From an uncultured delta proteobacterium (GTDB lineage Bacteria > Desulfobacterota > RBG-13-43-22), in assembly GCA_963790475.1 (NCBI GenBank), contig CAWBOS010000012.1:128001-192000 (forward strand): 64,000 nt of DNA, written 5' to 3'. The notes under the pieces were generated by a model. That model ran no database searches. It worked only from the letters and a program-made list of their open reading frames with translations, and was not told the DNA's origin. Positions 47,457-57,904 of the stretch are shown piece by piece; the first letter of the stretch is position 1, and each line of letters opens with the position of its first letter. A program made the position numbers and the translations under genes.

Positions 47457-49436
47457 TTAGGCCGCTGCCATCTCCCTCCTGGCCGCCATATCAACAAAGA
47501 TCCTTTCCCGGGCCTTGTCAATACCGAGGGCCTTTCGTTTCTTGTCGATATGTTCGATCATCAATCGGGCCATTTCATAGGGATCAGGGGTGAAGGCCCA
47601 CTTGCCCAGCCCCTGTTTTTCCAGCCCGTCAAAAAGGAGGTCATAAAATTTGGTATCTTTTATGATCGGATAGGTTACACCGAAGACCGTAAAAACACCG
47701 GAGGCGACGAAGTATTGTCCGATGGTAATCGCCTTTTCGCTGTACCATTCCGGGGCCGCTCCGGCCACGGGCAGATCGGCGATGCTGCTGCCCAAACCTC
47801 CAACCTTGACCATCTCGGCAACAGCCATCAGGATTCGGCTGTTGTCAATACAGGAGCCCATGCCTAACACCGGCGGCATACCTACTGCCTCACACACTTC
47901 CCTCAGCCCCGGCCCGGCCAGTCTGGCCGCTTCCGGCAAACACAACCCGGCCTTGGCCAAAGAGATTTGGGAACAGCCAGTTTGGACCACTAAGATGTCG
48001 TTCTTGATCAGTTCCTTGACCAATTCCACATGGACCCAGTCCTGTTTGACTCGCGGGTTGACACAGCCCACCACCCCGGCCACCCCCCGGATTCGGCCGT
48101 TGATGATATTGTCGTTCAACGGGGTGTAGGAAGACCGAAAGCTGCCCCCCAGCATATAATTGATGTACTCATGGGAAAAGCCGTGGATCCCCAGGTTTCT
48201 TATCTGAGGGATCTGAATCTGGCCTTTACGATTCCGGAATCGGTCGATGGCTTGTTCCACAATGGCATCCGTGCATTTCCGGGGCTCGTGTTCCACAAAG
48301 GGAATGTGTTCCACCCCTTCGATGCGGCAACTGGGATTGGTGGTAAAAAGCCTGGTTCCGTAGCATTCAGCCACCTTGGCCAGACCCTGCATGATGCATT
48401 GGACATCCACACCCATGGCGTCAACCGCCCCGGTAACCATTATTGCTTCCGTGGACATGAAATTTCCGGCATGGGGAATCCCGTGGCGGCAAAGCATTTC
48501 CAGCCCTGAACAACACATACCCACTAAATTGATCCCCTTGGCCCCGGCAGCTTTGGCCTCAGCCAGCAGTCCGGGATCATTGACCGAGGCCAGTATGGAT
48601 TCCAACAGATTGGGTTCGTGGCCGTGAATGACGATGTTGACTTCCTCTTCCTTGAGGCAGCCCATATTGACCTCGGCCCGAACAGGTACGGGGGTGCCGA
48701 AAAGGATATCCGAAATTTCCGTGGCCAGCATGGCCCCGCCCCAGCCGTCGGCCAGGGCCGTACGGCTGATCTGCTTGGTCAGATTCTCATAATCCTGGTC
48801 CATGCCGGCATGGGTCCGATTCATGAGCTCCATCACCTCCAGCATGGCCCCGCGGGGGACGATATTCATTTTACGCCAAAGCTCCAGGGTCTTTGGGGGA
48901 ACCCGTTTGGCAAAAGGTGTTTCTTCTTCCACTTCCATAAAGGTCCGTTCAAGTTCTGTACATAAGTCCAGGGCGATTTCTTTTGTGGAACGTCCTTCGG
49001 TTTCAATGGCCAGGGACCGGGCCACTTCTTCCAGCTTTACCGGGTCTTTGATGGTGTAATCCTTTATTTTTCCCTCAACCACGTCTTTAAACAGTTTAAG
49101 CATCACCCGGCCGTGAGAGGAATGGGCTGCGGTTCCGCAGGCCACCATGCGGGAAAAATTCCTGGATTGGACGGTATCCACTGTGGCCCCGCAAACCCCG
49201 ACGGCCCCATAAGGGTCTTTGGAGTTCAAGCGGCACGGCCCCATGGCACAAATCCGGCAACAGGCCGATTTGGCCCCGATGGGGCAGGGCTTCATGTCCG
49301 ACGCCCGGTCAAAGGCGGTTTGAACCCCGTCTCGTTGGGCCTTTTCCAGCATCTGGGCCGTGGCTTCGCAGGTAGTCCAGTCCCGCACATTGACCTCTTT
49401 AGCCTTGACCATTTTTAACTCGGTATCTTTTTCCAT
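47457..49436 (-). CDS. cooS: anaerobic Ni-Fe carbon monoxide dehydrogenase catalytic subunit
   Basis: C-x7-CCRICAMGPC, HSSHG, HGHEP, GMCCSG, DVQC, GCVNP, TGC, GSCIDN, PEWYSEKA. Confidence 0.93.
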   Translation of the reverse strand: MEKDTELKMVKAKEVNVRDWTTCEATAQMLEKAQRDGVQTAFDRASDMKPCPIGAKSACCRICAMGPCRLNSKDPYGAVGVCGATVDTVQSRNFSRMVACGTAAHSSHGRVMLKLFKDVVEGKIKDYTIKDPVKLEEVARSLAIETEGRSTKEIALDLCTELERTFMEVEEETPFAKRVPPKTLELWRKMNIVPRGAMLEVMELMNRTHAGMDQDYENLTKQISRTALADGWGGAMLATEISDILFGTPVPVRAEVNMGCLKEEEVNIVIHGHEPNLLESILASVNDPGLLAEAKAAGAKGINLVGMCCSGLEMLCRHGIPHAGNFMSTEAIMVTGAVDAMGVDVQCIMQGLAKVAECYGTRLFTTNPSCRIEGVEHIPFVEHEPRKCTDAIVEQAIDRFRNRKGQIQIPQIRNLGIHGFSHEYINYMLGGSFRSSYTPLNDNIINGRIRGVAGVVGCVNPRVKQDWVHVELVKELIKNDILVVQTGCSQISLAKAGLCLPEAARLAGPGLREVCEAVGMPPVLGMGSCIDNSRILMAVAEMVKVGGLGSSIADLPVAGAAPEWYSEKAITIGQYFVASGVFTVFGVTYPIIKDTKFYDLLFDGLEKQGLGKWAFTPDPYEMARLMIEHIDKKRKALGIDKARERIFVDMAARREMAAA

Positions 49437-49637
49437 TAATTTCTCCTTCTTACTGAGGTTTTGATAAACCCTTATTTCTTATTTTTTAAAAAATGCCTTT
49501 CAAACTGCCCTTTTGCCTGGCATAAAAATTTTTATCAAGCCTAAATAAGTTAAGACTTTTTTTTTCTTTGGCAAGACCATCATTGGCCTCAAACCATCCA
49601 GGTCCGGATTATAAATTAGAATTTTCCCGGTTGGAAC

Positions 49638-49651
49638 ATGACTTAAGTCAA
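49638..49651. promoter_or_regulatory. FNR/Crp-type palindrome upstream of cooS
   Basis: atgac-ttaa-gtcaa, about 200 bp upstream of the cooS start. Confidence 0.45.
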
Positions 49652-49769
49652 GGACTTTTCAAAAAGTTGACCTAAAATACTTTTCAAAAAGCATGTTATT
49701 AACCCAAAGCCAAGTTCCTTAAAAAATTTAATAAAAAGGAGAACGCCTGCAAAACGGTCTGCTTATTGT

Positions 49770-50402
49770 TTATTGGCTGGCGGGGAAAAGGATATGGATT
49801 ATCTGTTGATGAATTTGATCCGGGGAAAGGGTAGCATCGATCACTTTAATCCGCTCCGGTTCTTTGCGGGCCAGGGAGAGATACCCCTGACGGATTTTTT
49901 GATGAAAGGTCCTGGCCTCTTTTTCAAAACGGGATTCCTTCTTGGATTCTTCGGATTTATTGATCCTCTCCCAGGCCCGCTCCAGACCAATATTAACCGG
50001 CAAATCCAACAAAAAGGTCTTGTCCGGCCAGACGGAACCCAGGATCATGGGCCGGAGTTGTTTGAGGAGTTTCATATTCAAACCCCTGGCCAGCCCCTGA
50101 TAAACCACGGTGGCGTCCCAGAAACGATCTGAAATAACCCATTGGCCTTCGGAGAGGGCCGGACCGATCTTTTCCTTCATATGCTGACAGCGATCAGCCA
50201 GATAAAGAAATAATTCGGCCAGGGGGTCCATTTTTTTATTCTTCCGGTCCAGCAAGATAGCCCGAATCTGCAAACCGATCTTGGTAGCTCCCGGCTCCCG
50301 GGTGACCAGACAGGGGATGTTTCTATTTTTCAGAACTTTGTGCAGCCGTTTGATCTGGGTGGTCTTCCCCGACCCTTCTATGCCTTCGAAAGTAATGAAC
50401 AT
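49770..50402 (-). CDS. tmk: thymidylate kinase
   Basis: FITFEGIEGSGKTTQ, TREPG, ADR-x-QH, SDRF, YQG. Confidence 0.95.
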   Translation of the reverse strand: MFITFEGIEGSGKTTQIKRLHKVLKNRNIPCLVTREPGATKIGLQIRAILLDRKNKKMDPLAELFLYLADRCQHMKEKIGPALSEGQWVISDRFWDATVVYQGLARGLNMKLLKQLRPMILGSVWPDKTFLLDLPVNIGLERAWERINKSEESKKESRFEKEARTFHQKIRQGYLSLARKEPERIKVIDATLSPDQIHQQIIHILFPASQ

Positions 50403-50413
50403 GATGCCTCTTA

Positions 50414-50540
50414 ACAGGTTGCTGAAAAAGGCCCAACTACTTCGTTGCCCTCATCCCTCGTCATTGCGACGTACTACTTTGTACGTCTCATTCCTCGGGA
50501 TTTCGGGCGCCTTGTATCTGGACCTTTTTGAGCAACCTGT
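50414..50540. mobile_element. 127-bp MITE with 18-bp terminal inverted repeats
   Basis: acaggttgctgaaaaagg ... cctttttgagcaacctgt (1 mismatch). Confidence 0.75.
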
Positions 50541-50729
50541 AAAAATCAAATTTTTCCAATTCCTATCTTACCGAAACCATTTAGCTTTTGATAAGAATTC
50601 CTTTGGGATGGATGAGTATAGGATAAGCCTGAAAAGGGGTCAAGGAGAAAAATTCTCTGTGTGGTCCACTTAAAAAAAGCGGGCATAATAATTACTAAAA
50701 CTCAAATATTGATGAATTCGTAAAAAGTC

Positions 50730-50807
50730 GTTACCCCGGCGAAAGCCAGGGTCCAGAAGAATTGTTGCTACTCAAAATACTGGATTCCGGCTTTCGCCAG
50801 GAATGGC
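50730..50807. repeat. REP-like double hairpin
   Basis: gttaccccggcgaaagccagggtccag...ctggattccggctttcgccaggaatggc. Confidence 0.8.
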
Positions 50808-50840
50808 GTCACTCGGGTTTCAGCGACTTTTATTAACTTG

Positions 50841-51614
50841 TCAAACATTGAGGACGGAAGATATCGGGACCATGTATTTGGAAAAGTTTCCGGGTCCGGA
50901 GAGAAGTCGGGAGATGGCCCTTGCCGTTTCCGGGAAGGGGTGGCCTATGCCTACGGCACGGCCATATTTAATGGCCTCCTTTTCTAATATTTGAAGCTGG
51001 TTGATGATGTAAGCTTCACTTCGAAGATTATCCAAAAAAATATTTCGGAAGGTGGAGGGGATGTGCCGCCTGCTGGCCTCCTGATAGGCTATGGAATGGC
51101 TTGAAGTAAAGCTGTCCACGAAGAAAAGGGAGTTGCTCTCGATCACATTGAGTACTTGGTTCATTTCTTCCCGGCATTCGGTAAGCCGGGAACCCATGTG
51201 ATTGTTGACCCCCAGGGCGTAGGGGATACCGGCGATGTTTTCTCTTACCACTTCTACTATTTTCTCCGCCCCGTATCCGACATAAAGCGCACCAGGCCCG
51301 GGATCAATCTTGCTGTTATGGGGTTCCATGGGTTGATGGAGCATGATTTCATGCCCCCGGGCGTGAATTTCTTCGGCCAAGTCGAGAGATTTATCCAGCT
51401 TGGGGAGTATGGCGAAGGTAATCGGGACCTGCAGGTCCAGAAATCTTCTGGCCGGGGATCGGGAAAATCCAATATCATCGATTATTATGGCAATACGGGG
51501 GAGGGGTTTCTGTTCCCCATCGGAAAACCCAAAGGCCTTGGACAGGCCGTCGAGCCCCAACAGGCCGCTGAAAAGAAATGAAGCGCTGTTTAGCAGGAAG
51601 GTCCTTCTATTCAT
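50841..51614 (-). CDS. divergent polysaccharide deacetylase family protein (YibQ-like) with Tat-like signal
   Basis: MNRRTFL; IIIDDIG, H-x-PMEP, NNHMGS, FVDS, FLDN, IGHP. Confidence 0.88.
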   Translation of the reverse strand: MNRRTFLLNSASFLFSGLLGLDGLSKAFGFSDGEQKPLPRIAIIIDDIGFSRSPARRFLDLQVPITFAILPKLDKSLDLAEEIHARGHEIMLHQPMEPHNSKIDPGPGALYVGYGAEKIVEVVRENIAGIPYALGVNNHMGSRLTECREEMNQVLNVIESNSLFFVDSFTSSHSIAYQEASRRHIPSTFRNIFLDNLRSEAYIINQLQILEKEAIKYGRAVGIGHPFPETARAISRLLSGPGNFSKYMVPISSVLNV

Positions 51615-51920
51615 GTCTCGAAAGTCGTGAAAAAAATCCCCTTTCTTCCAATATCAGTGACAGACTCAAATTGATTCCTCGAAATATTCCAGCATTGCCA
51701 GGGCGCTAATGTGCGGAGTCCTCCTGGTCTTCACGTTTAACGCATCCCCAAGGATTGATTGTAAAGTTTAGAAAGATGAATCCGGCTTCTAAGCTAAATT
51801 ACTTATACAAGTTATTGTATAAATGTCAAGAAAAAATACCAGATATTGTATAAATTAGAATAATTGGGGGTCAGGTCTATACTGTTGGACTTTGGTCCAG
51901 AGATTTGATATGTTGGGTTC

Positions 51921-52778
51921 ATGGCTCGTCCACTCCGTATAGAATATCCCGGGGCTGTTTATCATATTACCTCGCGTGGCAATGAGAAAAAGGTCGTCTT
52001 CAAAGACGAGCAGGACCGAGAACTGTTTCTCAAGATCCTGGCCCAGGTCAATAAACGCTACCACTGGTTCTGCCATGCCTATTGCCTGATGGACAACCAT
52101 TACCATCTTCTGATTGAAACCCCCGAGGGGAATCTTTCCCGGGGGATGAGACAATTAAACGGAGTTTATACTCAATCGTTTAATAAAAAACGTAATCGGA
52201 CCGGTCATCTTTTTCAAGGCAGGTATAAGGCCATTCTTATCCAAAAAGACAATCATCTTCTTGAAACCGGCCGATATGTGGTATTAAATCCGGTCGGAGC
52301 CCGACTGGTAGATCGGCCTGAGGACTGGAAATGGTCCAGCTACCGGGCAACAGTCGGAGAAGAAACGGCCCATCCCTGTCTGACAGGAGATTGGATACTC
52401 GGGCAATTCAGCAGGACAAGGGCCAAGGCAGAAAAAGAATACCGCCGGTTCGTCACCTGGGGGATTGGCAAAGGAACCATTTGGAAAGAGGTCAAGGGTC
52501 AGGCGATTTTCGGAGAAGATGATTTTGTCAACAGCCTCGCTGATTATCTGAAAAGACACAAAAAGGTTCCCGAGATTTCTAAGAGCCAACGGTATGCCGA
52601 CCGACCGGCTCTTGACCAAATATTCAGAGAGAGTTTTATCAAAGATAAACAAAAGCGGAATCAAAAGATTGCCGAGGCTATCCAAAAGTACGGATACACG
52701 CAACGGGTAATCGCCGATTATCTTGGATTTCATTTTACCTATGTGAGTAGAATTCTTCATAAGCAGGTGGAAAAGTAA
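51921..52778 (+). mobile_element. REP-associated tyrosine (Y1/HUH) transposase, RAYT-type, with C-terminal HTH
   Basis: MARPLRIEYPGAVYHITSRGN, YCLMDNHYHLL, GHLFQGRY, YVVLNP, WSSY; upstream motif ggggtcaggtctatactgttg. Confidence 0.9.
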
Positions 52779-52980
52779 AGAGTGAGAGCTTTGAGAAATG
52801 TCCCCTTTTGCCCAATCTCTGCGTCAGACTCAAATTTTAATCCTCAAAATACTAATTGTATTCTTGTGGTTAAAATTTTCGTCTTCCTTGACCTTGAACA
52901 AAATTGAACATTTTTCAAATCTCTCAAGGTATCGGCCCGTCCCTGATATCATTGATCATTGATTTGAAAGGAGAAGAAAC

Positions 52981-54711
52981 TTGAGCGTCAGAACCTACCC
53001 GGAGTTCAGCACCAACTACAATTTGCTACTTAAAACCCTCATGAAGCGGCCTGTGGATATTTATCCTAATGAGATCGGGCTTGTTTACCGTAATCCTAAC
53101 ACCGGCGAATATTTTCGATTTACCTGGCAGCAATGGTATGAGAGGACCTGCCGACTGGCCAATGCTTTAAATGGACAGCTGGGTCTTAATCCCGGAAAAC
53201 CCCGTCAACCCGGGGACCGGATTGCGACCATGGCTTTGAATCATCACCGGCACATGGAGTTATATTATGCCGTGCCGGGCAGCGGGGCTGTGCTGCATCC
53301 CATCAATACCCGGCTCTCCCAGGATCATATCGTCCATACCATCAATCACTCCCAGGATAAGATCATTTTCGTGGATGATATTTCCTGGCCGTTGCTGGAA
53401 AGAATCTACGATCGGATCAAAGGTACGGTGGAAAAATTCGTTTACCTGTCCGATAAACCGGGACTTCCTCAGACAAAAATCGCACCGGTCTATGAATATG
53501 AAGCATTAATCAAAGAGCAACCCCCTGAATTCGAGTGGCCGATCCTCCATGAAGATACCTATGCCACGCTTTGTTATACGACCGGCACTACGGGCCTGCC
53601 CAAAGGGGCCATGTTTACCCATCGGCAGCTCTATTTACAGACCCTGCATGTTATTGCCTACAATCATTTCCTCAACGATCCCGCTCGCGTCAGCTTTGGA
53701 GAGGCCGAGGTTTGGATGGCGATAACGCCCTTGTACCACGTGCATGGCTGGGGCGCTCCCTTTCTCAATGTCTTTTCGGCCAACAAACTGGTCTTACCGG
53801 GTACCTTTACGGTGGAGGGATTCTGCGAACTGGTACAAACCGAAAAGGTGACCTCAACTTCTGTGGTGCCGACCGTCCTGGCCATGATCGTAGAATATAA
53901 AGACATTCACAAATACGATCTCAGCAGCCTGAAGAACCTGGGCGTCGGCGGTGGGGCCTTGTCTTTGGGATTGAAAAGGAAAGCCGAGAAGATCATCCCG
54001 GGATTCAAGGTCAGATCCGGGTATGGCATGACCGAAACCGCACCGGCCGCTATCCGGGCCTTTGTCAAGAAAACCATGGTCAACTGGCCCGATGAAAAAC
54101 TGGACGAGATCAGGGTAAAAACCGGATTGGCCGTCCCGGGGCTGGAGGTGAGGATTGTCGATGAAAAGGGGAGCCCGGTTCCCAGGGACAACGAGACTGT
54201 GGGTGAAATCGTCATCCGGGGACCGTGGATCATGGAGCAGTATTATAACGAATCGGAGAAAACAGCCGAAGTCTGGCGAGACGGCTGGTTCCATACCGGG
54301 GATGTGGCCAAGGTGGATGAAGAAGGGTACGCCACCATAGCGGACCGGATGTCCGATATGATTCGCAGCGGGGCGGAGATGGTCCCGACTGTTTTGCTGG
54401 AGAACCTTACGGCTATGGCGGATTTCGTTCTGGAGGCCACCTATGTGGGGGTCCCCGATGAAAAGTGGGGACAGAGGCCCCTGGCTATTGTGGCCCTGGT
54501 TCCGGGGGCCAAGGAAACAGAGAAAGACATCATTGACTTTTTGCAGATTGAGGGTGTGGAGAAAGGTAAGATCACCAAATGGATGCTTCCCGATTATATC
54601 CTTATCACCAAGGCCATTCCCAAGACCAGTGTGGGAAAGTTTGATAAGATCACGATAAAAAAACAATTGGACGATCTGTTACCCAGGGCCAAAAGGACTC
54701 GGGATTTATAG
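52981..54711 (+). CDS. AMP-forming acyl-CoA ligase (medium/long-chain)
   Basis: YTTGTTGLPKG, GYGMTET, WFHTGD, PKTSVGK; TTG start with RBS aaggag. Confidence 0.92.
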   Translation: MSVRTYPEFSTNYNLLLKTLMKRPVDIYPNEIGLVYRNPNTGEYFRFTWQQWYERTCRLANALNGQLGLNPGKPRQPGDRIATMALNHHRHMELYYAVPGSGAVLHPINTRLSQDHIVHTINHSQDKIIFVDDISWPLLERIYDRIKGTVEKFVYLSDKPGLPQTKIAPVYEYEALIKEQPPEFEWPILHEDTYATLCYTTGTTGLPKGAMFTHRQLYLQTLHVIAYNHFLNDPARVSFGEAEVWMAITPLYHVHGWGAPFLNVFSANKLVLPGTFTVEGFCELVQTEKVTSTSVVPTVLAMIVEYKDIHKYDLSSLKNLGVGGGALSLGLKRKAEKIIPGFKVRSGYGMTETAPAAIRAFVKKTMVNWPDEKLDEIRVKTGLAVPGLEVRIVDEKGSPVPRDNETVGEIVIRGPWIMEQYYNESEKTAEVWRDGWFHTGDVAKVDEEGYATIADRMSDMIRSGAEMVPTVLLENLTAMADFVLEATYVGVPDEKWGQRPLAIVALVPGAKETEKDIIDFLQIEGVEKGKITKWMLPDYILITKAIPKTSVGKFDKITIKKQLDDLLPRAKRTRDL

Positions 54712-54833
54712 ACGGCTGAAAACAGGAGTTACTAATGTATGACTTATCGGTGGATATCTAATAAGCTGGACACCCCAATAGGCTTCTTACCGATTCTCTC
54801 CATTAAGAAAGACTTACGAAAGGAGAAATCATA

Positions 54834-55337
54834 ATGAAGACGTTGGTGGCCTATTTCAGTCAGACCGGGAAAACCAAGTTAGTGGCCGAGGCAATTTACG
54901 AGGCCATACGGGGGGACAAAGAGATCAAGGAATTCGATCAGGTGGGCAGCCTGGACGGGTATGACCTGGTTTTTGTTGGCTTCCCTATCATTGCCTTCGG
55001 CCCGGCCAAACAGGGAAAGGATTTTCTTGAGAAATATGCTACTGGTAGAAGAGTGGCCTTGTTCATTACCCACGCCTCACCGGAGAAACAGGAGGGGCTT
55101 GACCAATGGCTGGACAAATGCCGGGAGGCGGCCGGCGGGGCCGATCTGATAGAGATGTTCGACTGTATGGGTGAACTGTCCGAGCAGGTCGCCGATTTCC
55201 TGGTGAAGAGCGCCGATCCTATGATGCGCTCCTTCGGGGAAAGGCGGGGGGAGACCTTGGGGCAGCCGGACGAAAGCCGCCTGCAGCGGGCCCGGGAATT
55301 CGCCGCAGAGATCGTGGGTAAGGCGGGTAAGCTTTAA
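54834..55337 (+). CDS. flavodoxin family protein
   Basis: YFSQTGKT-x2-VAEAI, YDLVFVGFP, ALFITH. Confidence 0.82.
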   Translation: MKTLVAYFSQTGKTKLVAEAIYEAIRGDKEIKEFDQVGSLDGYDLVFVGFPIIAFGPAKQGKDFLEKYATGRRVALFITHASPEKQEGLDQWLDKCREAAGGADLIEMFDCMGELSEQVADFLVKSADPMMRSFGERRGETLGQPDESRLQRAREFAAEIVGKAGKL

Positions 55338-56218
55338 TGAACTTCGAGGTTGCAAAAAAATTGAACAATCCTCATTTGTTGACCCAGAACATCGGGGATG
55401 CCACAATAAAGTATCTTCTCTATGACGGCCCGGGAAAAAGCCTTGTTCTGCTGCAGGCCACCGGATTTCCACCTGAGTTGTGGCATCCCATTGCCCAAGA
55501 CCTCTCCAGGTTTTATCGTGTCATCGTGCCTTTTTATTATGACCATCGGGAGGCGAAGTCATCAGATGAAGGGATCAGTTGGTTGATACTGGCCCAAGAC
55601 CTGAAGGCCTTTTGTGATAACCTTCAATTGGACAAACCGTTGGTCGTCGGCCATTCCATGGCCGGAACGGTGGCCGCCATTTCCGAAGCCGAATGCCAGT
55701 TGACCGCCGGGGGACTGATTTTTATCGAGCCCATATTCCTGATGGAAGAATTGTATCAAATACTTTTTACTACTCAGGACCATCCCCTGGCCTCGAAATC
55801 CCTGAAACGGATAAATCATTGGGAGGATGAAAGGGAACTCCGGCAATACCTGGAATCTAAAACCCTTTTCAAGGAATGGGCGGAGGGCATGCTGGAAAGG
55901 TATATCCGGTATGGATTTGAAAAAGACCCCCAGGGGGGGATACGACTGTTGTGCTCCCCTCACAAGGAGGCCGCTCTGTTAATGGGCGGCATGAAGAATA
56001 ATCCCTGGCCGATGTTTCCCCGAGTAACTTGTCCGGTCCTGATCCTGGAAGGGGAAACCAGTGAGAATCGCCTCTATACCAAACTGGAAAAGGCTTCATC
56101 CTTGATGCCCCGGGGTTCTTATGCCCTGGTTAAAAAGGCCGGGCACCTCATACCCATGGAAAGGCCGCAGGAGGTGACCCCGATCATCTTGAAATTTTTC
56201 AGGGAGGTTAATTATTGA
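55337..56218 (+). CDS. alpha/beta hydrolase
   Basis: GHSMAG, GHLIPMERP. Confidence 0.85.
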   Translation: MNFEVAKKLNNPHLLTQNIGDATIKYLLYDGPGKSLVLLQATGFPPELWHPIAQDLSRFYRVIVPFYYDHREAKSSDEGISWLILAQDLKAFCDNLQLDKPLVVGHSMAGTVAAISEAECQLTAGGLIFIEPIFLMEELYQILFTTQDHPLASKSLKRINHWEDERELRQYLESKTLFKEWAEGMLERYIRYGFEKDPQGGIRLLCSPHKEAALLMGGMKNNPWPMFPRVTCPVLILEGETSENRLYTKLEKASSLMPRGSYALVKKAGHLIPMERPQEVTPIILKFFREVNY

Positions 56219-57630
56219 TGGATGTTCAGATGAAAAAATCCTTAGACGCTATTTTCAGACCGGCATCGGTGGCCGTTGTGGGGGCGAGTAATAATATCCA
56301 GTCCTGGGGGTTCGGGATTTTGAACAGTCTGATCGCCGGAAGATATCGCCAGACCATTTATCCGATTAATCCCAAGGAAAAAATAATTCAAGGGATTCCT
56401 GGTTATCCAAACCTCAGGGATGTACCGGGTGGGATTGATCTGGTGGTCATCGCCGTCAATGCCGCATCAATCAGCCAGATTATTGAGGAATGTATTGCTA
56501 AAAAGGTAAAGGGGGGGATCGTCATCACCGCCGGGTTTGCCGAGATCAGTTCAGAAGGCGCCAAGCTCCAAAAAAAAATTGCCGAAGAATCGAAAAGAGC
56601 CGGTTTCTATTTTCTGGGACCCAACTGCCTGGGGATCTGGAGCACCGAAGGGAACCTGAATACCTTTCCCAATTTAACCAGGCGCCCCCATCGGGGACCG
56701 ATTTCCTTCATATCCCAGAGTGGTACCCTCAGTCATTACCTCTACGAAGCATCACGAAATTATGGATTCGGGGTCAGTAAAGCCATCAGCTTCGGAAATC
56801 AGGCCTCCATTACTTTTGTGGATCTTCTTGAATACCTGGGAGATGATCCTACGACCCAAGTCATCATTTCCTATGTGGAAGATATCGGAGATGGAAATCG
56901 ATTTTTAAAAGTGGCCAAGTCGGTAACCCGGAAAAAGCCCCTGCTCATCTACAAGGCCGGTTCGTCGGAAGCGGCGGCCCGGGCGGCCCGTTCCCATACC
57001 GCGGCCCTGGCGGGGAACGACGAGATTTTTGATGCTGTATGCCGTCAAGCCGGTGTCATACGATGGTTAGATTTCATGGAAATGTTTTATATGGCCAACA
57101 GCCTTTGTTATCAACCGCTTCCGAAGGGTAATCGGGTGGCTATCGTGCACGGCGGTGGAGGATTTTGCGTAACGGCCACCGAGGCCTGTACCCGGTTAGG
57201 TCTGAGTGTTCCGGAAATGAGTTCCCAGGCGCAAGAGGAGCTGCGGGAACAGATGCTGCCCTTTTCTCCTCCCCCGGTTAATCCCATTGACTGTATCGGG
57301 AGAAAAAATGAGGAGGCCTACATCAGGATCATAGAAATCGCCGCCAAACAGGATAATATCGATGGGCTTATCGTCATGCCCCCCCGTGATAATTTTGACC
57401 GCTACACCAACTCATCGGAAATGATCGCCACCATTAAGTATGCCGAAGCCATCGCTACTATCCCCAAAAGATACAATAAGCCGATCGTCGTGGCCGGGAA
57501 TGAGGGAAGAGTGGGCGGGCCGGTTGATGAGATCCTCAAACGTTATCACATCCCCCTGTTTGAAAATCCTGTTGACTGCGCCAAGGCCCTGTTAGGGATA
57601 GTCAAATACAGGAAGGTGCAGGAACGCTAA
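56218..57630 (+). CDS. NDP-forming acyl-CoA synthetase alpha-type subunit
   Basis: SVAVVGAS, YPINP, GFAE, GPNCLG, SQSG, SHTAALAG, NPID. Confidence 0.88.
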   Translation: MDVQMKKSLDAIFRPASVAVVGASNNIQSWGFGILNSLIAGRYRQTIYPINPKEKIIQGIPGYPNLRDVPGGIDLVVIAVNAASISQIIEECIAKKVKGGIVITAGFAEISSEGAKLQKKIAEESKRAGFYFLGPNCLGIWSTEGNLNTFPNLTRRPHRGPISFISQSGTLSHYLYEASRNYGFGVSKAISFGNQASITFVDLLEYLGDDPTTQVIISYVEDIGDGNRFLKVAKSVTRKKPLLIYKAGSSEAAARAARSHTAALAGNDEIFDAVCRQAGVIRWLDFMEMFYMANSLCYQPLPKGNRVAIVHGGGGFCVTATEACTRLGLSVPEMSSQAQEELREQMLPFSPPPVNPIDCIGRKNEEAYIRIIEIAAKQDNIDGLIVMPPRDNFDRYTNSSEMIATIKYAEAIATIPKRYNKPIVVAGNEGRVGGPVDEILKRYHIPLFENPVDCAKALLGIVKYRKVQER

Positions 57631-57658
57631 ATCAATATTGATAACCTCGTAAAAAGTC

Positions 57659-57870
57659 GTCACCTCTGGTGAAAACCGGGGTCCAGAATTTTTTAAATTC
57701 TTAACAATACTGGATTCCGGCTTTCGAGACCGTGTCGCAATTGAAATAAGTGTCATCCCAAAGGTGTGAGAGGAATCTTAACATGTTGAATTTATTAAGG
57801 CCAAGATTTCTCGCTTCGCTTCGAAATAACAAAAAAAGTAATTGCGACACAGTCCCTTCGCCGGAATAAC
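57659..57870. repeat. REP-like element interrupted by a nested MITE
   Basis: ctggattccggctttc | insert | ttc-gccggaataac. Confidence 0.8.
57726..57856. mobile_element. 131-bp MITE, 17-bp TIR, 3-bp target duplication (ttc)
   Basis: gagaccgtgtcgcaatt ... aattgcgacacagtccc flanked by ttc on both sides. Confidence 0.75.
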
Positions 57871-57904
57871 GAAAATGGGATTTCGTCGATTTTTTACGAA
57901 AGCC

